NCBI GenBank assembly: GCA_031416315.1 | Contig: JANOTL010000122.1 | Coordinates: 1 to 50,007, forward strand | DNA: 50,007 nucleotides | Source of the DNA: Pseudomonadota bacterium | GTDB taxonomy: Bacteria; Bdellovibrionota_B; Oligoflexia; Oligoflexales; CAIYRB01 | Reading direction: 5' to 3' | In this document: positions 30,239 to 40,181 of the stretch, piece by piece | How positions within the stretch are numbered: position 1 is the stretch's first letter | Layout of the letters: each line of letters opens with the position of its first letter | Notes under the pieces: generated by a model | Database searches by the model: none | Seen by the model: only the letters and a program-made list of their open reading frames with translations | What the model was told of the DNA's origin: nothing | Position numbers and translations under genes: made by a program

Positions 30239-31140
30239 CACTCCCCTTCGAGGTCGACCGAGAAGCTGAGGGAGAATCCGTTGTCTTCGATGCTGTCGCT
30301 CCCTCGGCCATTGAGCACGAAACCGAACGCCTCGCCGATGTGCAGCGCTACGTTGCGCACGCGCAGCACGAGGTCCAGGCCGAGGTCCAGGCGCGGCCGC
30401 GCGCGGAAGAAGAGCTCGGCGTCCTCCGCTACGGTGCCGCCCGACGACTCGGGGTCGTGCAGGTCCGTCCACACGTAGTCGACCCAGGGCACGATGCTGA
30501 AGAACTTCAGGAGCCTGAGGTCGACCACCGAGCCGAACTGGAAATCGGTGACGTTGTAGCGGTACTTGCTGGGGGTGTCCTCGATCTGATCCGGATCCCC
30601 TGTGGGCGTCACGCGATGGTTGACGTTGTAATCGCGGGCGCCCGCGACCAAAGACGCCGTGACCGACTGCGACCCCTTCGTCTCCAGCGGGATGAAGTAA
30701 GCGTGTACGCCCACGGCCTTGTAGTCCATGTCGGAGAACTGGGCGCGCCGGTACCCCCCCGAGCTCGTGGCGTAGTGGAGGTGCTTCTCGCCGGTCTCCG
30801 CGGAGAAGCCTAGCGCCAGGCGCTTCAGGGACACGGCGACGTAAGGCGCCGCGCGAAAGCCGGTGAGCGCGAGCTCCTGCGAGCGCGACGTCGCCGTCTG
30901 ATCGAAGCGGTCCGCCATCATCGCGATGGTCACCGTTTTCGAGGACGGCACGATGTGGGTCACGGGCGCGGACTGATAAAGGACGTCGCGGCTTTGCGCC
31001 TCGTCGAGGAGAAGGCCGGTCAGTTGGCTTCGCGAGCGGTCCGAGGATTGCGCTTCGCGTGCCGAGACCCTCGGCGCAGAGAGGCTCACGACGGCGAGCG
31101 TGACGGCGGAGCAAGCGACATAGGACTTGAGGACGGACAT
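30238..31140 (-). CDS. Secreted protein, possible outer-membrane beta-barrel
   Basis: Signal peptide; alternating amphipathic strands (PYVAVSL, VGVHAYF, FQFGSVVDL, FSLSFSVDL). Confidence 0.6.
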   Translation of the reverse strand: MSVLKSYVACSAVTLAVVSLSAPRVSAREAQSSDRSRSQLTGLLLDEAQSRDVLYQSAPVTHIVPSSKTVTIAMMADRFDQTATSRSQELALTGFRAAPYVAVSLKRLALGFSAETGEKHLHYATSSGGYRRAQFSDMDYKAVGVHAYFIPLETKGSQSVTASLVAGARDYNVNHRVTPTGDPDQIEDTPSKYRYNVTDFQFGSVVDLRLLKFFSIVPWVDYVWTDLHDPESSGGTVAEDAELFFRARPRLDLGLDLVLRVRNVALHIGEAFGFVLNGRGSDSIEDNGFSLSFSVDLEGE

Positions 31141-31202
31141 ATGGCAGGAACTATAGCCGTTCGCCCGGTGCCCCGCTACACTCCGCGGCGGAGGTGCGAC
31201 CG

Positions 31203-33146
31203 ATGCCGACGAGCCCCGAACAATCTTCGCCGATCAAGGTTTCCGAGGCGCCCTTCGGGCTTTGGGCGTCGACATTCTCGCCCCGCGCCATGGCCTCGGG
31301 CAAACGTCTTACCGAAGCGCTCTGGGACACCGACGGCGAGACGCTCGTCTGGCTCGAGGGCCGCGGTGACGGCGCCGTCCTCGTCGCCGCCGGCGGCCGC
31401 GGCCGCGAGGCGCCGCGCGACCTCACCACGGACCTCGGCGTGCGCGCCAAGCTTGGTTACGGCGGCGGCGACTTCACCGTCCACGCCGGCGTCGTCTACT
31501 TCTCGGAAGCGAAGAGCGGGCGTCTCTACCGTCAGGAGCTCTGCGGCGGCGCCGCACGGCCGATCACGCCGGCCTTCGGCGCGCTCGCCGCCCCGCGCGT
31601 GACGCCGGATGGGCGTCACGTCCTCTTCGTGCATCACGACTCGGAGGCGGTCGACCGCATCGCTGTCGCGGACACCAAGGGGCGCGAGTGGCCGCGCATC
31701 CTCCACCAGGGCCACGACTTTTACGCCTATCCGCGCGTCTCGCCCGATGGCCGGCACGTCGCCTTCGTCGCTTGGGACCATCCGAACATGCCATGGGACG
31801 GCACCTGGCTCTACTTGGCTCCCCTCGTGACGGAAGGGCACGCCCTGCCGCATTTGGGCGAGGCGCGCCGTGTCGCCGGCGGCAAGGACGTCGCGATCTT
31901 CCAGCCGGAGTTCACCCCGGACGGCACGCTCCTCCTCTACGTCAGCGACGAGTCCGGCATCGGCAACGTGCACGCGGCGGACCTCGCCTCGGGCGCGCCG
32001 CGCGCGATCACGACGCAGAAGGACGCCGACCTCGGCCGGCCCGCGTGGGTCCAGGAGATGCGCAGCTACGCCGTGCTGCCGGACTCGAAGTCGGTCGTGG
32101 TCGCCGTGAACGACAAGGGTTTCGTGCGCACCTCGCGCCTCGATCTCGCAAGCGGCAAGCTGACGCCGATTCCGGCGCTCTCGGACGTCACCGACGTGGC
32201 GCAGCTCACCGCCGACCCCGTGCGCGGCGAGCTCGCCCTCATCGGCAGCTCGGCCGCTTTTCCGCCGCGCGTGCTCCTCTCCGCCGCCGGAGGCGACGCC
32301 AAGGCCGCGGTCGTCTGCCGCGGCGCCTCGGAGAGCTACGCCGAAAGCGAGATCTCGCGCCCGGAGACGCTCACCTGGGCAACGGGACCGACGGCGAAGG
32401 AAGTTTCCCACGGCCTCTACTACGCCCCGAAGAACCCTGCTTGGCGCAGTGAAGGTTTGCCGCCACTCATCGTCCTAGTGCACGGTGGTCCCACCTCGCA
32501 GGTCCGCGCCGGGTGGTCACGCGAAGCGCAGTTTTTCACCAGCCGGGGCTACGGCGTCCTCTACGTCAACCACCGAGGCTCGACCGGCTACGGCCGCGCC
32601 TATATGCTGCGGCATCGTGGAACGTGGGGCGAGGTCGACGTCGAGGACTCGGTGAGCGGCGCGCAATACCTGGCGAAGCTCGGCAGGATCGATGGCAAGA
32701 AGACCGTGATCATGGGCGGCAGCGCCGGCGGCTTCACCGTGCTCCAGGCCATGGTCGACCAACCGGAAGCCTTCACTGCGGGCATCTGCCTGTACGGTAT
32801 CGCCAACCAGTTCTCGCTGCTTGCCGCGACGCACAAGTTCGAGGAAAGGTACAACGACACGCTCCTCGGCGCCCTTCCCGGCGCCGCGGAGCTCTGGCGC
32901 CGGCGGTCGCCCGTGTTTCACGCGGCGCGCATCAAGCGGCCTTTGGCGGTCTTCCAAGGCGAGATCGACAACGTCGTGCCGAAAGAGCAGTCGGAGACCA
33001 TCGTCTCTGCCTTGCGCCGGAACGGCACGCCGCACGTCTACCACCTCTATCCGGGGGAAGGGCACGGCTGGCGAAAGCCGGAGACTCTCGAACACTACTG
33101 GACCGAGGTCGATCGCTTCCTCAAGGAGCACGTTGTTTACGCCTGA
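31203..33146 (+). CDS. S9 family prolyl oligopeptidase/acylaminoacyl peptidase
   Basis: VHGGPT, GGSAGG nucleophile, QGEID, GEGHG; N-terminal propeller with HPNMPWD. Confidence 0.92.
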   Translation: MPTSPEQSSPIKVSEAPFGLWASTFSPRAMASGKRLTEALWDTDGETLVWLEGRGDGAVLVAAGGRGREAPRDLTTDLGVRAKLGYGGGDFTVHAGVVYFSEAKSGRLYRQELCGGAARPITPAFGALAAPRVTPDGRHVLFVHHDSEAVDRIAVADTKGREWPRILHQGHDFYAYPRVSPDGRHVAFVAWDHPNMPWDGTWLYLAPLVTEGHALPHLGEARRVAGGKDVAIFQPEFTPDGTLLLYVSDESGIGNVHAADLASGAPRAITTQKDADLGRPAWVQEMRSYAVLPDSKSVVVAVNDKGFVRTSRLDLASGKLTPIPALSDVTDVAQLTADPVRGELALIGSSAAFPPRVLLSAAGGDAKAAVVCRGASESYAESEISRPETLTWATGPTAKEVSHGLYYAPKNPAWRSEGLPPLIVLVHGGPTSQVRAGWSREAQFFTSRGYGVLYVNHRGSTGYGRAYMLRHRGTWGEVDVEDSVSGAQYLAKLGRIDGKKTVIMGGSAGGFTVLQAMVDQPEAFTAGICLYGIANQFSLLAATHKFEERYNDTLLGALPGAAELWRRRSPVFHAARIKRPLAVFQGEIDNVVPKEQSETIVSALRRNGTPHVYHLYPGEGHGWRKPETLEHYWTEVDRFLKEHVVYA

Positions 33147-33170
33147 AAGGAGAGGCCTTACGATGATCAG

Positions 33171-33293
33171 GTGAGACCGAGCCTGATGATCGTTGACGAC
33201 GAACCTCGACGCGGCCGTTGCCGCCCCCGCCCTAAATCCGAAGACCGAGCCCTGCTCGCGAGCTTTCCATCTCACGCAACGAGCTCTTTTTGA
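33171..33293 (+). pseudogene. Possible receiver-domain remnant or short upstream ORF (40 aa)
   Basis: GTG-RPSLMIVDDEP resembles the start of a REC domain. Its TGA overlaps the TTG start of the GT2 gene. Confidence 0.3.
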
Positions 33294-34441
33294 TCGCCAC
33301 GACCGTGCAGATCGCTTCCGGCGCCGCCCTTCTCTGGATCTACGTCGGCTACGGCTTAGCCCTGCGCGCCCTCGCCGCGACCTTCGGCAAAGCGCTGCGT
33401 GTCGACCCTTCGTACGAGCCGAGCGTGAGCATCGTCGTTCCCTCCTTCGAGGAGCGTGCCGTCATCGCCCGCAAAATCGAGGAGTGCCTCGCCCTCGAAT
33501 ACCCCGCGGACAAGATCGAGATCCTGGTCGTCGACTCCGCCTCGCGCGACGGAACGGCCGCCATCGTCCGCCTCTACGAAGCGCGCGGCGTGCGTCTCCT
33601 TCCGGAAGCGGCGAGGCGCGGGAAGGCGCATGCGCTCGCGTCAGGCTTCGCCGCCGCCGCCGGGACCATCGTTCTCGCCACCGATGCCACCGCCACCCTG
33701 CCGCGCGACGCCGTGCGCAAAATTGTTGCGCGTTTCGCCGACCCGAGCGTCGGCGCCGTCACCACGGCGCTGCAGAATCCTCTGCCGGAGGATCGGGCCC
33801 ACGACCTAGGCCTCGCGCGTATGTGCCGACTTTTCTGGGAGCGCGACGCGGCACTGAAGAAGCACGAAGCGAAGCTGCACTCCGCCGTCGGCTTGGTCGG
33901 TGAAGCCGCGGCCGTCCGCCGCGGCCTCGTCTCCGGCGAGGACGCCCGCGCGTGGATCGTCGCCGGCGGTGCCGACGATACCGCGCTTGCCTTGCACGTC
34001 GTCGCGCGCGGTTACCGGATCGCCTTCGCCGACGACGTCGTCGCGCTGAAGCCCGCCGCCTCCGACGTGGGCGACTACGTGGCGCAAAAGACCCGCAACG
34101 TCGCACAAAATCTGCGGCACCTCGCGGCGCTGCCGCGCCCGATTCTGCGCCGGGGCTGGTACACCGCTCTGATCTTCCCGACGCGCCGCCTCCTTTCGCC
34201 CTTCTCGCCCTGGCTCCTCGTCCTTTTCCTCGCCTCGGCAGACGCCGTCAGCCTTGCGTTGCAGCTCGCCTTTTACGGGCTCGCGGCCCTCCGCACGGTG
34301 CCGCTCCTTCGGCGCCTGCCGGGGGTCGAGCCAGCCGCATTCTTCGTCTGCTCCAACGCCGCCGCCGCCGCCGCTTGGCTCGCGACCCTGCGCGGCCGGG
34401 ATTTCACCGTATGGACGAAAATCGCCAGCACCCGCTGCTGA
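33290..34441 (+). CDS. GT2 family glycosyltransferase (membrane-associated)
   Basis: SIVVPSFEE, VVDSASRDGT, GKAHAL, TDA, ADD, QKTR; N- and C-terminal TMs. Confidence 0.88.
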   Translation: MIATTVQIASGAALLWIYVGYGLALRALAATFGKALRVDPSYEPSVSIVVPSFEERAVIARKIEECLALEYPADKIEILVVDSASRDGTAAIVRLYEARGVRLLPEAARRGKAHALASGFAAAAGTIVLATDATATLPRDAVRKIVARFADPSVGAVTTALQNPLPEDRAHDLGLARMCRLFWERDAALKKHEAKLHSAVGLVGEAAAVRRGLVSGEDARAWIVAGGADDTALALHVVARGYRIAFADDVVALKPAASDVGDYVAQKTRNVAQNLRHLAALPRPILRRGWYTALIFPTRRLLSPFSPWLLVLFLASADAVSLALQLAFYGLAALRTVPLLRRLPGVEPAAFFVCSNAAAAAAWLATLRGRDFTVWTKIASTRC

Positions 34442-34494
34442 ATCCCGCGCGGCTCTTCGACTCGGGCAGCGCCACGTGGATGCCGCATCGATCG

Positions 34495-36294
34495 CTAAGC
34501 CTGCGACGCCAGTTCTCCGCCTATGGACTTCGCCGCGCCGTTCCACGCTGAAATGATCGACGCGCCCGTCGCTTCTGGCAAGGTCGTGACTCCGGCCCGC
34601 TCGCCGAGCCCGCACGCGGCCGTCGCGAAGACCGGGACGCCGCGCTTCAAAGCGTCGAGGCACACGACCGGCCGGGACTCCACCCAGGCCGGCGCGAAGA
34701 CCGCGGCGACGCGCGTCAATGCTGCGTCTAGAGCCGCGGTTCCCGGCGCCAACCGCTCGATCTCGACGCCGCTCCAGAAGTCCTCGCCCTCGAGCTCCGC
34801 GCCTTGCAGCACCACCTTCAGCCGTAAGCTGCGCGCCGCCTCTCGCATGGCGAAGGCGCCCTTTCGCCCCGCCGTCGGGCCCGCGAACAGCACGGTGCCG
34901 GGCTCGATCCGCCGTGGCAGGTTGCTGATCAGACCGTCCCTCTCGGACGATACCCAAGGAATCATCTCCCCACGATCTGGGAAGAAGCTCACGATCTGCG
35001 CATGCGGCGTGATCACCTTCCGCGCCCGTGACAGGATCCGGCTCTCCTCGGCGACCCACTCGGGCGCCGCGCGGAAATCGCCGAGGGTCACGCTCTCAGG
35101 GTGCCGGGCCTTGGCTTTGTCCAGGGTCGACTCCAAGCGCTGCGCCGGCGGCCTGGTCATCAGGACGTCGAAGGTCCGCCCTCCGAGCGCTCCGATGCGC
35201 GCGAGCGGCACGAGCAGACTTTGCTGCACGACGAGGTGCAATGCCGTCACCGGTAGCTTCCGCGCATAGGCCGAAGCCAGGGCCAAATCGAGTTTCTGCA
35301 GCATGCGCTGCCGCGCCGCTCCTTGCGCCGCCATGCGGCGCGAGCGCCAAGCGCGCCAGAATGCGACGAGTGGCGCCTCACGCACCTTCACCGCGCCCTC
35401 TGTATTCCACGCATACCGTGCGAGCCTCCGCCGCGCTCCGTCGAGAGGCAAGTAGATCTCGACCGGCATGACCGCGCGCTCGGCCTCGATCCATTGCGTA
35501 AGCCAGCGCGCATGCTCTGGCCAAACACCGTCCAGGAGCGCCGCCCCGCTGAAAGCGGCCGCGTGCGTCCCGTCCTCGTGCAGGTCTTGATGGCGAAAGC
35601 ATGAATGGACGCCGCACGTCTCGCAGCTCGCTGCCGCGAGGAGGGGCGCCTTGCCTAAAGCAAAACCGGCCTTCTCTCCGGAGACGGCTGGCTTCGGTGC
35701 GCGCAGGCTGACGACCAGGTCGGCCCCGGTCATTTCGACCTCGATCCTTAGGCCGGTCGGACTGCGAAAGCGCAGGTCGACGTAGTTCCAGAAAACCGTC
35801 GCATCTCGCCCCTTCTCGGCGAGCGACCCAGGAATCACGCGCGTATGCGCGTGCCGCTCGACGATCTCGAGCCCAGCGCTCAGGGCCGCGTCGTACAGGG
35901 CGTTCGACAACTGACAGAGCCCCCCGGCGATGCTCGGGACGACGCAACCCTCGCGAATCTCCCGCCCCTCCCGATAACCTGCCAAGCGCGTCGGACGGCC
36001 GAGCTCGCGCCAGAAGCTGAAAGCGGCGCCCGGCTCGATCTCGACCCCGTCGAGCGCCCGGGCCGCGATGCGAAGGTTCTCGACCTTGCCGGCCGTCAGG
36101 CGCAGCTCTGCCGCCGAGGTCTGGGTCCAAAGCGACGTGATCGAGCGCCCGACGACCGGAGCCTCGCGCCATCGTTGGCTGCGCTTGCCCCGCGCCGGCC
36201 TCGTCCCTTGCGCAAGCTCGCGCCCCGTGCGCGCCGCACGCAGCAACGTCACTTTCAGCGCAAAGACCAGAGCGCTCCATCGGGTTGGCTGCAT
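34495..36294 (-). CDS. VanW-domain protein with C-terminal GT-B-like domain
   Basis: FSFWRELGRP, GGLCQLSNALY, ERHAHT, DATVFWNYVDLRF. C-terminal FAGPTAGRKG, PAWVESRP, ALKRGVPVFAT. Confidence 0.85.
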   Translation of the reverse strand: MQPTRWSALVFALKVTLLRAARTGRELAQGTRPARGKRSQRWREAPVVGRSITSLWTQTSAAELRLTAGKVENLRIAARALDGVEIEPGAAFSFWRELGRPTRLAGYREGREIREGCVVPSIAGGLCQLSNALYDAALSAGLEIVERHAHTRVIPGSLAEKGRDATVFWNYVDLRFRSPTGLRIEVEMTGADLVVSLRAPKPAVSGEKAGFALGKAPLLAAASCETCGVHSCFRHQDLHEDGTHAAAFSGAALLDGVWPEHARWLTQWIEAERAVMPVEIYLPLDGARRRLARYAWNTEGAVKVREAPLVAFWRAWRSRRMAAQGAARQRMLQKLDLALASAYARKLPVTALHLVVQQSLLVPLARIGALGGRTFDVLMTRPPAQRLESTLDKAKARHPESVTLGDFRAAPEWVAEESRILSRARKVITPHAQIVSFFPDRGEMIPWVSSERDGLISNLPRRIEPGTVLFAGPTAGRKGAFAMREAARSLRLKVVLQGAELEGEDFWSGVEIERLAPGTAALDAALTRVAAVFAPAWVESRPVVCLDALKRGVPVFATAACGLGERAGVTTLPEATGASIISAWNGAAKSIGGELASQA

Positions 36295-36321
36295 GGTCTT
36301 GATTTTACCAGAAGAAAGCGA

Positions 36322-36678
36322 TCAGCGCTTATGGGACGCGAAGAGCTCTTGCATCTCGCGCTTGGAGCGGCGGAGGAGCTCTTCTTGATAATTCATCATG
36401 ATGTCGATGAACTCGCGCGCGGGCACTTTGAACATGCCGGCGAGCTTGGGCAAAGCGGTCGTCGGCGGCAGCGAGACGCCCCGCTCCCAGTTGCTGATGA
36501 ACTGCGCCGTATCGTAAGCGAGGGCGTCCGCCACTTGCTGCTGCGTGAGACCGGCTTTCGAGCGCTTTTCCTTCAGGAACTTGCCGACCGTGCGAACGCG
36601 CAGCTCGTGTTCCGTGATGTCTTTCTTGCCGCCCGCGTGCTTCAAGGCTCGTTCTCCGAGTTTGGGGAGTCTAGGCAT
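36322..36678 (-). CDS. XRE-family HTH transcriptional regulator
   Basis: LKEKRSKAGLTQQQVADALAYDTAQFISNWERG. Confidence 0.9.
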   Translation of the reverse strand: MPRLPKLGERALKHAGGKKDITEHELRVRTVGKFLKEKRSKAGLTQQQVADALAYDTAQFISNWERGVSLPPTTALPKLAGMFKVPAREFIDIMMNYQEELLRRSKREMQELFASHKR

Positions 36679-36787
36679 GAATCTCTAGATCGCATGTCGG
36701 GCCTCGGAAGGCAAGAGATGCCCGCAGCACGTGATGTTTGTGCTGGGGTGCTGCGGGCAGATTCGGCGTGGAAAAATCTGGGGCCGG

Positions 36788-36816
36788 AAGGTAGTTAAAT
36801 CGTTCTACCTCGTCAA
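36788..36816 (-). promoter_or_regulatory. sigma70-like promoter of the XRE gene overlapped by a palindrome
   Basis: Minus strand TTGACG-N17-TACCTT; AGGTAG-N10-CTACCT at 36789-36810. Confidence 0.5.
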
Positions 36817-36839
36817 CGCTCCAAGATCGGCGGTCCCGG

Positions 36840-37445
36840 ATGCATGCCCCGGCTCTCGAGGTCCTCGTCGCTCCGACGCCAGCCGGCTGGGCCCAAGCCG
36901 CGCTCGCCGACTTCGGCGCCTTTCTGGTCGACCACGCGTCCTGCGAGCGCAAAGCCGTAGCCCACTGTTTTTCCTTGGTGGTGAAGTACTCGGACCGTCC
37001 GCTTCTCACCGAGACCATGGCCACCCTGGCACGCGAGGAGCTCGACCACTTCCAGCAGGTCTACCGCATCCTCCAGAAACGCGGCTTGAGGCTCGGCGGG
37101 GACGACAAGGATCCTTACGTGAACGAGGTCCTCCACAGGGGCGTCCGCCATCATCTCCCGAACGAGCGCCTCCTCGACCGCCTGCTGATCGCCGGGGTCA
37201 TCGAGGCGCGGGGCTGCGAGCGCTTCGACCTCATTGCCGACGCCCTTCCGGCCTGCGGCGAGCCACCGGAGATGGTCGAGTTCTATCGCGAGCTCGCGCG
37301 GGCAGAAGCAGGACACTACCGCGTCTTCGTGCGCGTCGCCGAGAAGCTGTGGCCCGACACCGACGTCGCCGCGGCGCTCGCGCGCCTGGCCGCGATCGAA
37401 TCGGAGGTGATGCTCGCCTCGCCCTGGCGCAGCGCCCTCCACTGA
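36840..37445 (+). CDS. miaE: tRNA-(ms2io6A)-hydroxylase
   Basis: DHASCERKA, LAREELDHF, DPYV, IEARGCERF and EAGHY di-iron motifs. Confidence 0.9.
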   Translation: MHAPALEVLVAPTPAGWAQAALADFGAFLVDHASCERKAVAHCFSLVVKYSDRPLLTETMATLAREELDHFQQVYRILQKRGLRLGGDDKDPYVNEVLHRGVRHHLPNERLLDRLLIAGVIEARGCERFDLIADALPACGEPPEMVEFYRELARAEAGHYRVFVRVAEKLWPDTDVAAALARLAAIESEVMLASPWRSALH

Positions 37446-37459
37446 GCTAAATTCCCGGG

Positions 37460-38785
37460 ATGACGCGAGACCTTACGCCGAATCCCCCCCCCGATGCGAC
37501 GACTCTCACCCGCGAGGGCGCCATTGTCGTCGGCGTCCAGCTCCACGGCGAGGACGCCGTCGAGCTGGAGGGCGACCTCAACGAGCTCACCTCGCTTCTC
37601 GACACGCTCGGCGTGAAGGTCCTAAGCCGCGTCGTCCAGCGCCGCCAGAAATTCACGCCGAACTGTCTCATCGGCGAGGGCAAGGCCGAGGAGATCCGGG
37701 ATCTCGCGCTCGCCGCGAACGCAAAGACGGTCGTCTTCGACCGCCAGCTGTCGCCGCCCCAGGTACGCAACCTCGAGCGCATCATGGGCTGCGAGGTCCT
37801 CGACCGTACCGGCGTCATCCTCGAGATCTTTGCGCGGCACGCGCGCTCGGCCCAGGCGAAGACGCAGGTCGAGATCGCGCAGCTTGAGTACATGCTGCCG
37901 CGCCTCGGCGGCCAGTGGACGCACTTGGACCGGCAGCGCGGCGGCGTCAACTCCCGCGGCATGGGCGAAAAGCAGATCGAGATCGACCGCCGCCGTGCCC
38001 GCGAGCGCATCGCCCGCCTCGAGCGCCACCTCGAGACGATTCGCAAAGACCGCATGAACCAGCGCAAGGCGCGCCGAAACGAGCTCAAGGTCGCCATCGT
38101 CGGCTATACGAACAGCGGCAAAACCACCGTCATGGTCGCCCTTACCAAGGCCGATTTCAAGCCTCAGGACGTGCTCTTCGCGACGCTGGACGCCAGCGTC
38201 CGCACGCTCGATCCTCACGCTCGTCCCAAGGTCCTCCTTTCCGACACCGTCGGCTTCATCCGCAACCTCCCGCACGGGCTCGTCGAGTCCTTCAAGTCGA
38301 CGCTCGACGAAGTGCTCGAGGCGGATCTCTTGCTGCACGTCGTCGACGTAAGCCATGAGCTTTTTCGCGCGCAAATGAAGACGACCGAGGACGTTCTGCG
38401 CGAGATCGGCGCCGGCGATATCCCCGTGCTGATGATCTTCAACAAGACCGACCGGCTTCAGGATCCGGTGCTCCCGAAGATTCTGAAGGCCGCCTACAGA
38501 ACGAGCGTCTTCGTCTCCGCGCACTCCGAGGAGGACATGGTCCGCTTGCGCCGTCACGTGTTGAACTACTTCGAGGAGAACCTGGTGAAGGCGACCCTCG
38601 AGGTCGCGCCCGACGATCAGGCGACGATCTCCCTGATCTATCAGTGCTGTTTGATCCTGAATTCGGACTTCAACGATCAAGAGAAGTCCGTGTTCGAGGT
38701 GCGAACTGTGCCCAGCGTCCTCGCCCGCCTGCACCAATACGTCGTGTCCGTCGCCGAGCGTGGCGGCGAAGGAGTCCTCCGATGA
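37460..38785 (+). CDS. hflX: GTPase HflX
   Basis: GYTNSGKT, LFATLD, DTVGFI, NKTD; ILEIFARHA. Confidence 0.95.
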   Translation: MTRDLTPNPPPDATTLTREGAIVVGVQLHGEDAVELEGDLNELTSLLDTLGVKVLSRVVQRRQKFTPNCLIGEGKAEEIRDLALAANAKTVVFDRQLSPPQVRNLERIMGCEVLDRTGVILEIFARHARSAQAKTQVEIAQLEYMLPRLGGQWTHLDRQRGGVNSRGMGEKQIEIDRRRARERIARLERHLETIRKDRMNQRKARRNELKVAIVGYTNSGKTTVMVALTKADFKPQDVLFATLDASVRTLDPHARPKVLLSDTVGFIRNLPHGLVESFKSTLDEVLEADLLLHVVDVSHELFRAQMKTTEDVLREIGAGDIPVLMIFNKTDRLQDPVLPKILKAAYRTSVFVSAHSEEDMVRLRRHVLNYFEENLVKATLEVAPDDQATISLIYQCCLILNSDFNDQEKSVFEVRTVPSVLARLHQYVVSVAERGGEGVLR

Positions 38786-40152
38786 GCGTGAGCTGCGACG
38801 CGCGTTTTTTCCCGGCCGAGCTCAAGGCTTCTGCGGAGACCTTGGCAAAACCGGCGGCGGAAGCCCTTTATGCCATACGCGACGGCTCCTGCGCCGGCGG
38901 CGAATGGACGGGCTGGTTCGATTGGCCGCGCAAATCCGGCGAGCGCCTCGCCGCGGACATCAAGGAGTACATCGGCAAGCTCGACGTCTACTACGACCTC
39001 GTGCTCGTCATCGGCATCGGCGGCAGCTATCTCGGCACGCGCGCGGTCTCCGAGGCCCTGTCGCACAGCTATGGCATCGCCCTCGGCAAGGCCGGGCGCC
39101 ATGCGCGCCGCCCGGCGATCGTCTACGCTGGCCATCACCTGTCCGAAGCGGGCCTGGTCGAGCTCCTCGACTTGCTCGAAGAGCGCCAGCCGATCGTCAA
39201 CGTGATCAGCAAATCCGGCACGACGACCGAGCCAGCCGTCGCGTTCCGCGTCGTGCGCCACTACATGGAAAAGCGTTTCGGAAAGGCCGAATCGTCGCGC
39301 CGCATCATCGCCACGACGGACAAGTCGAAGGGCGCCCTCAGGCGCCTTGCCGAAGAAGCCCATTACAAGACGTTCGACGTCCCCGACGACGTCGGCGGCC
39401 GCTTCTCCGTCCTCACCGCCGTCGGCCTCGTCCCGCTGGCGCTCGCGACGCTCGACATCGAGCGGCTCGTCTCCGGCGCCGACGAGATCTTCCGGGCCTT
39501 GCGCGAGGGCGATCCCGGCGATCATCCCGCGCTCCGCTACGCCGCCCTGCGCACGGCAGCCTACCGCTCGGGCAAGAAGATCGAGCTCCTCGCGACGGGC
39601 GAGCCGCGCCTGCAATATTTGATCGAATGGTGGAAGCAGCTCTTCGGCGAATCGGAGGGCAAGGACGGCAAAGGCCTCTTCACGGCCGGACTCAACTACA
39701 CCACCGACCTCCACTCGCTCGGCCAATACGTCCAGGACGGCGAGCGGATCCTCCTCGAGACTTTCCTCGAGGTCGAGCAGCCCGGCGGCGAAGGCGGCGC
39801 CGGCGTCGAGCGCCGCATCCGCGTGCCTCACCTCCAGGGTGACGCCGACGGTCTCGGCTACCTCGAGCAGCGCTTCCTAGGCGAGGTCAACGCCGCGGCG
39901 CTCCTCGGCACCCGCCTCGCGCATGCCGACGGCGGCGTCCCTTGTCTCCAGCTCGGCGTGCCCCGCCTCGACGAGCGGACGATCGGCCAGCTCATCGCGT
40001 TCTTCGAGACCGCTTGCGGGGTCAGCGGTGCCCTCCTAGGCGTGAATCCCTACGACCAGCCCGGCGTCGAGGCCTACAAGAAAAACCTCTTCGGCCTCTT
40101 GGGCAAACCCGGATTCGAGGACCTAGGGGCCACTCTGAGACGCCGGCTCTGA
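38782..40152 (+). CDS. pgi: Glucose-6-phosphate isomerase
   Basis: GIGGSYLG, SKSGTTTE, VGGRFSVL, QLFGESEGK, DLHSLGQ, DQPGVEAYK. ATGA overlap with hflX. Confidence 0.95.
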   Translation: MSVSCDARFFPAELKASAETLAKPAAEALYAIRDGSCAGGEWTGWFDWPRKSGERLAADIKEYIGKLDVYYDLVLVIGIGGSYLGTRAVSEALSHSYGIALGKAGRHARRPAIVYAGHHLSEAGLVELLDLLEERQPIVNVISKSGTTTEPAVAFRVVRHYMEKRFGKAESSRRIIATTDKSKGALRRLAEEAHYKTFDVPDDVGGRFSVLTAVGLVPLALATLDIERLVSGADEIFRALREGDPGDHPALRYAALRTAAYRSGKKIELLATGEPRLQYLIEWWKQLFGESEGKDGKGLFTAGLNYTTDLHSLGQYVQDGERILLETFLEVEQPGGEGGAGVERRIRVPHLQGDADGLGYLEQRFLGEVNAAALLGTRLAHADGGVPCLQLGVPRLDERTIGQLIAFFETACGVSGALLGVNPYDQPGVEAYKKNLFGLLGKPGFEDLGATLRRRL

Positions 40153-40181
40153 TAAGATCGTCCGACGGAGCCGCACTTCCC

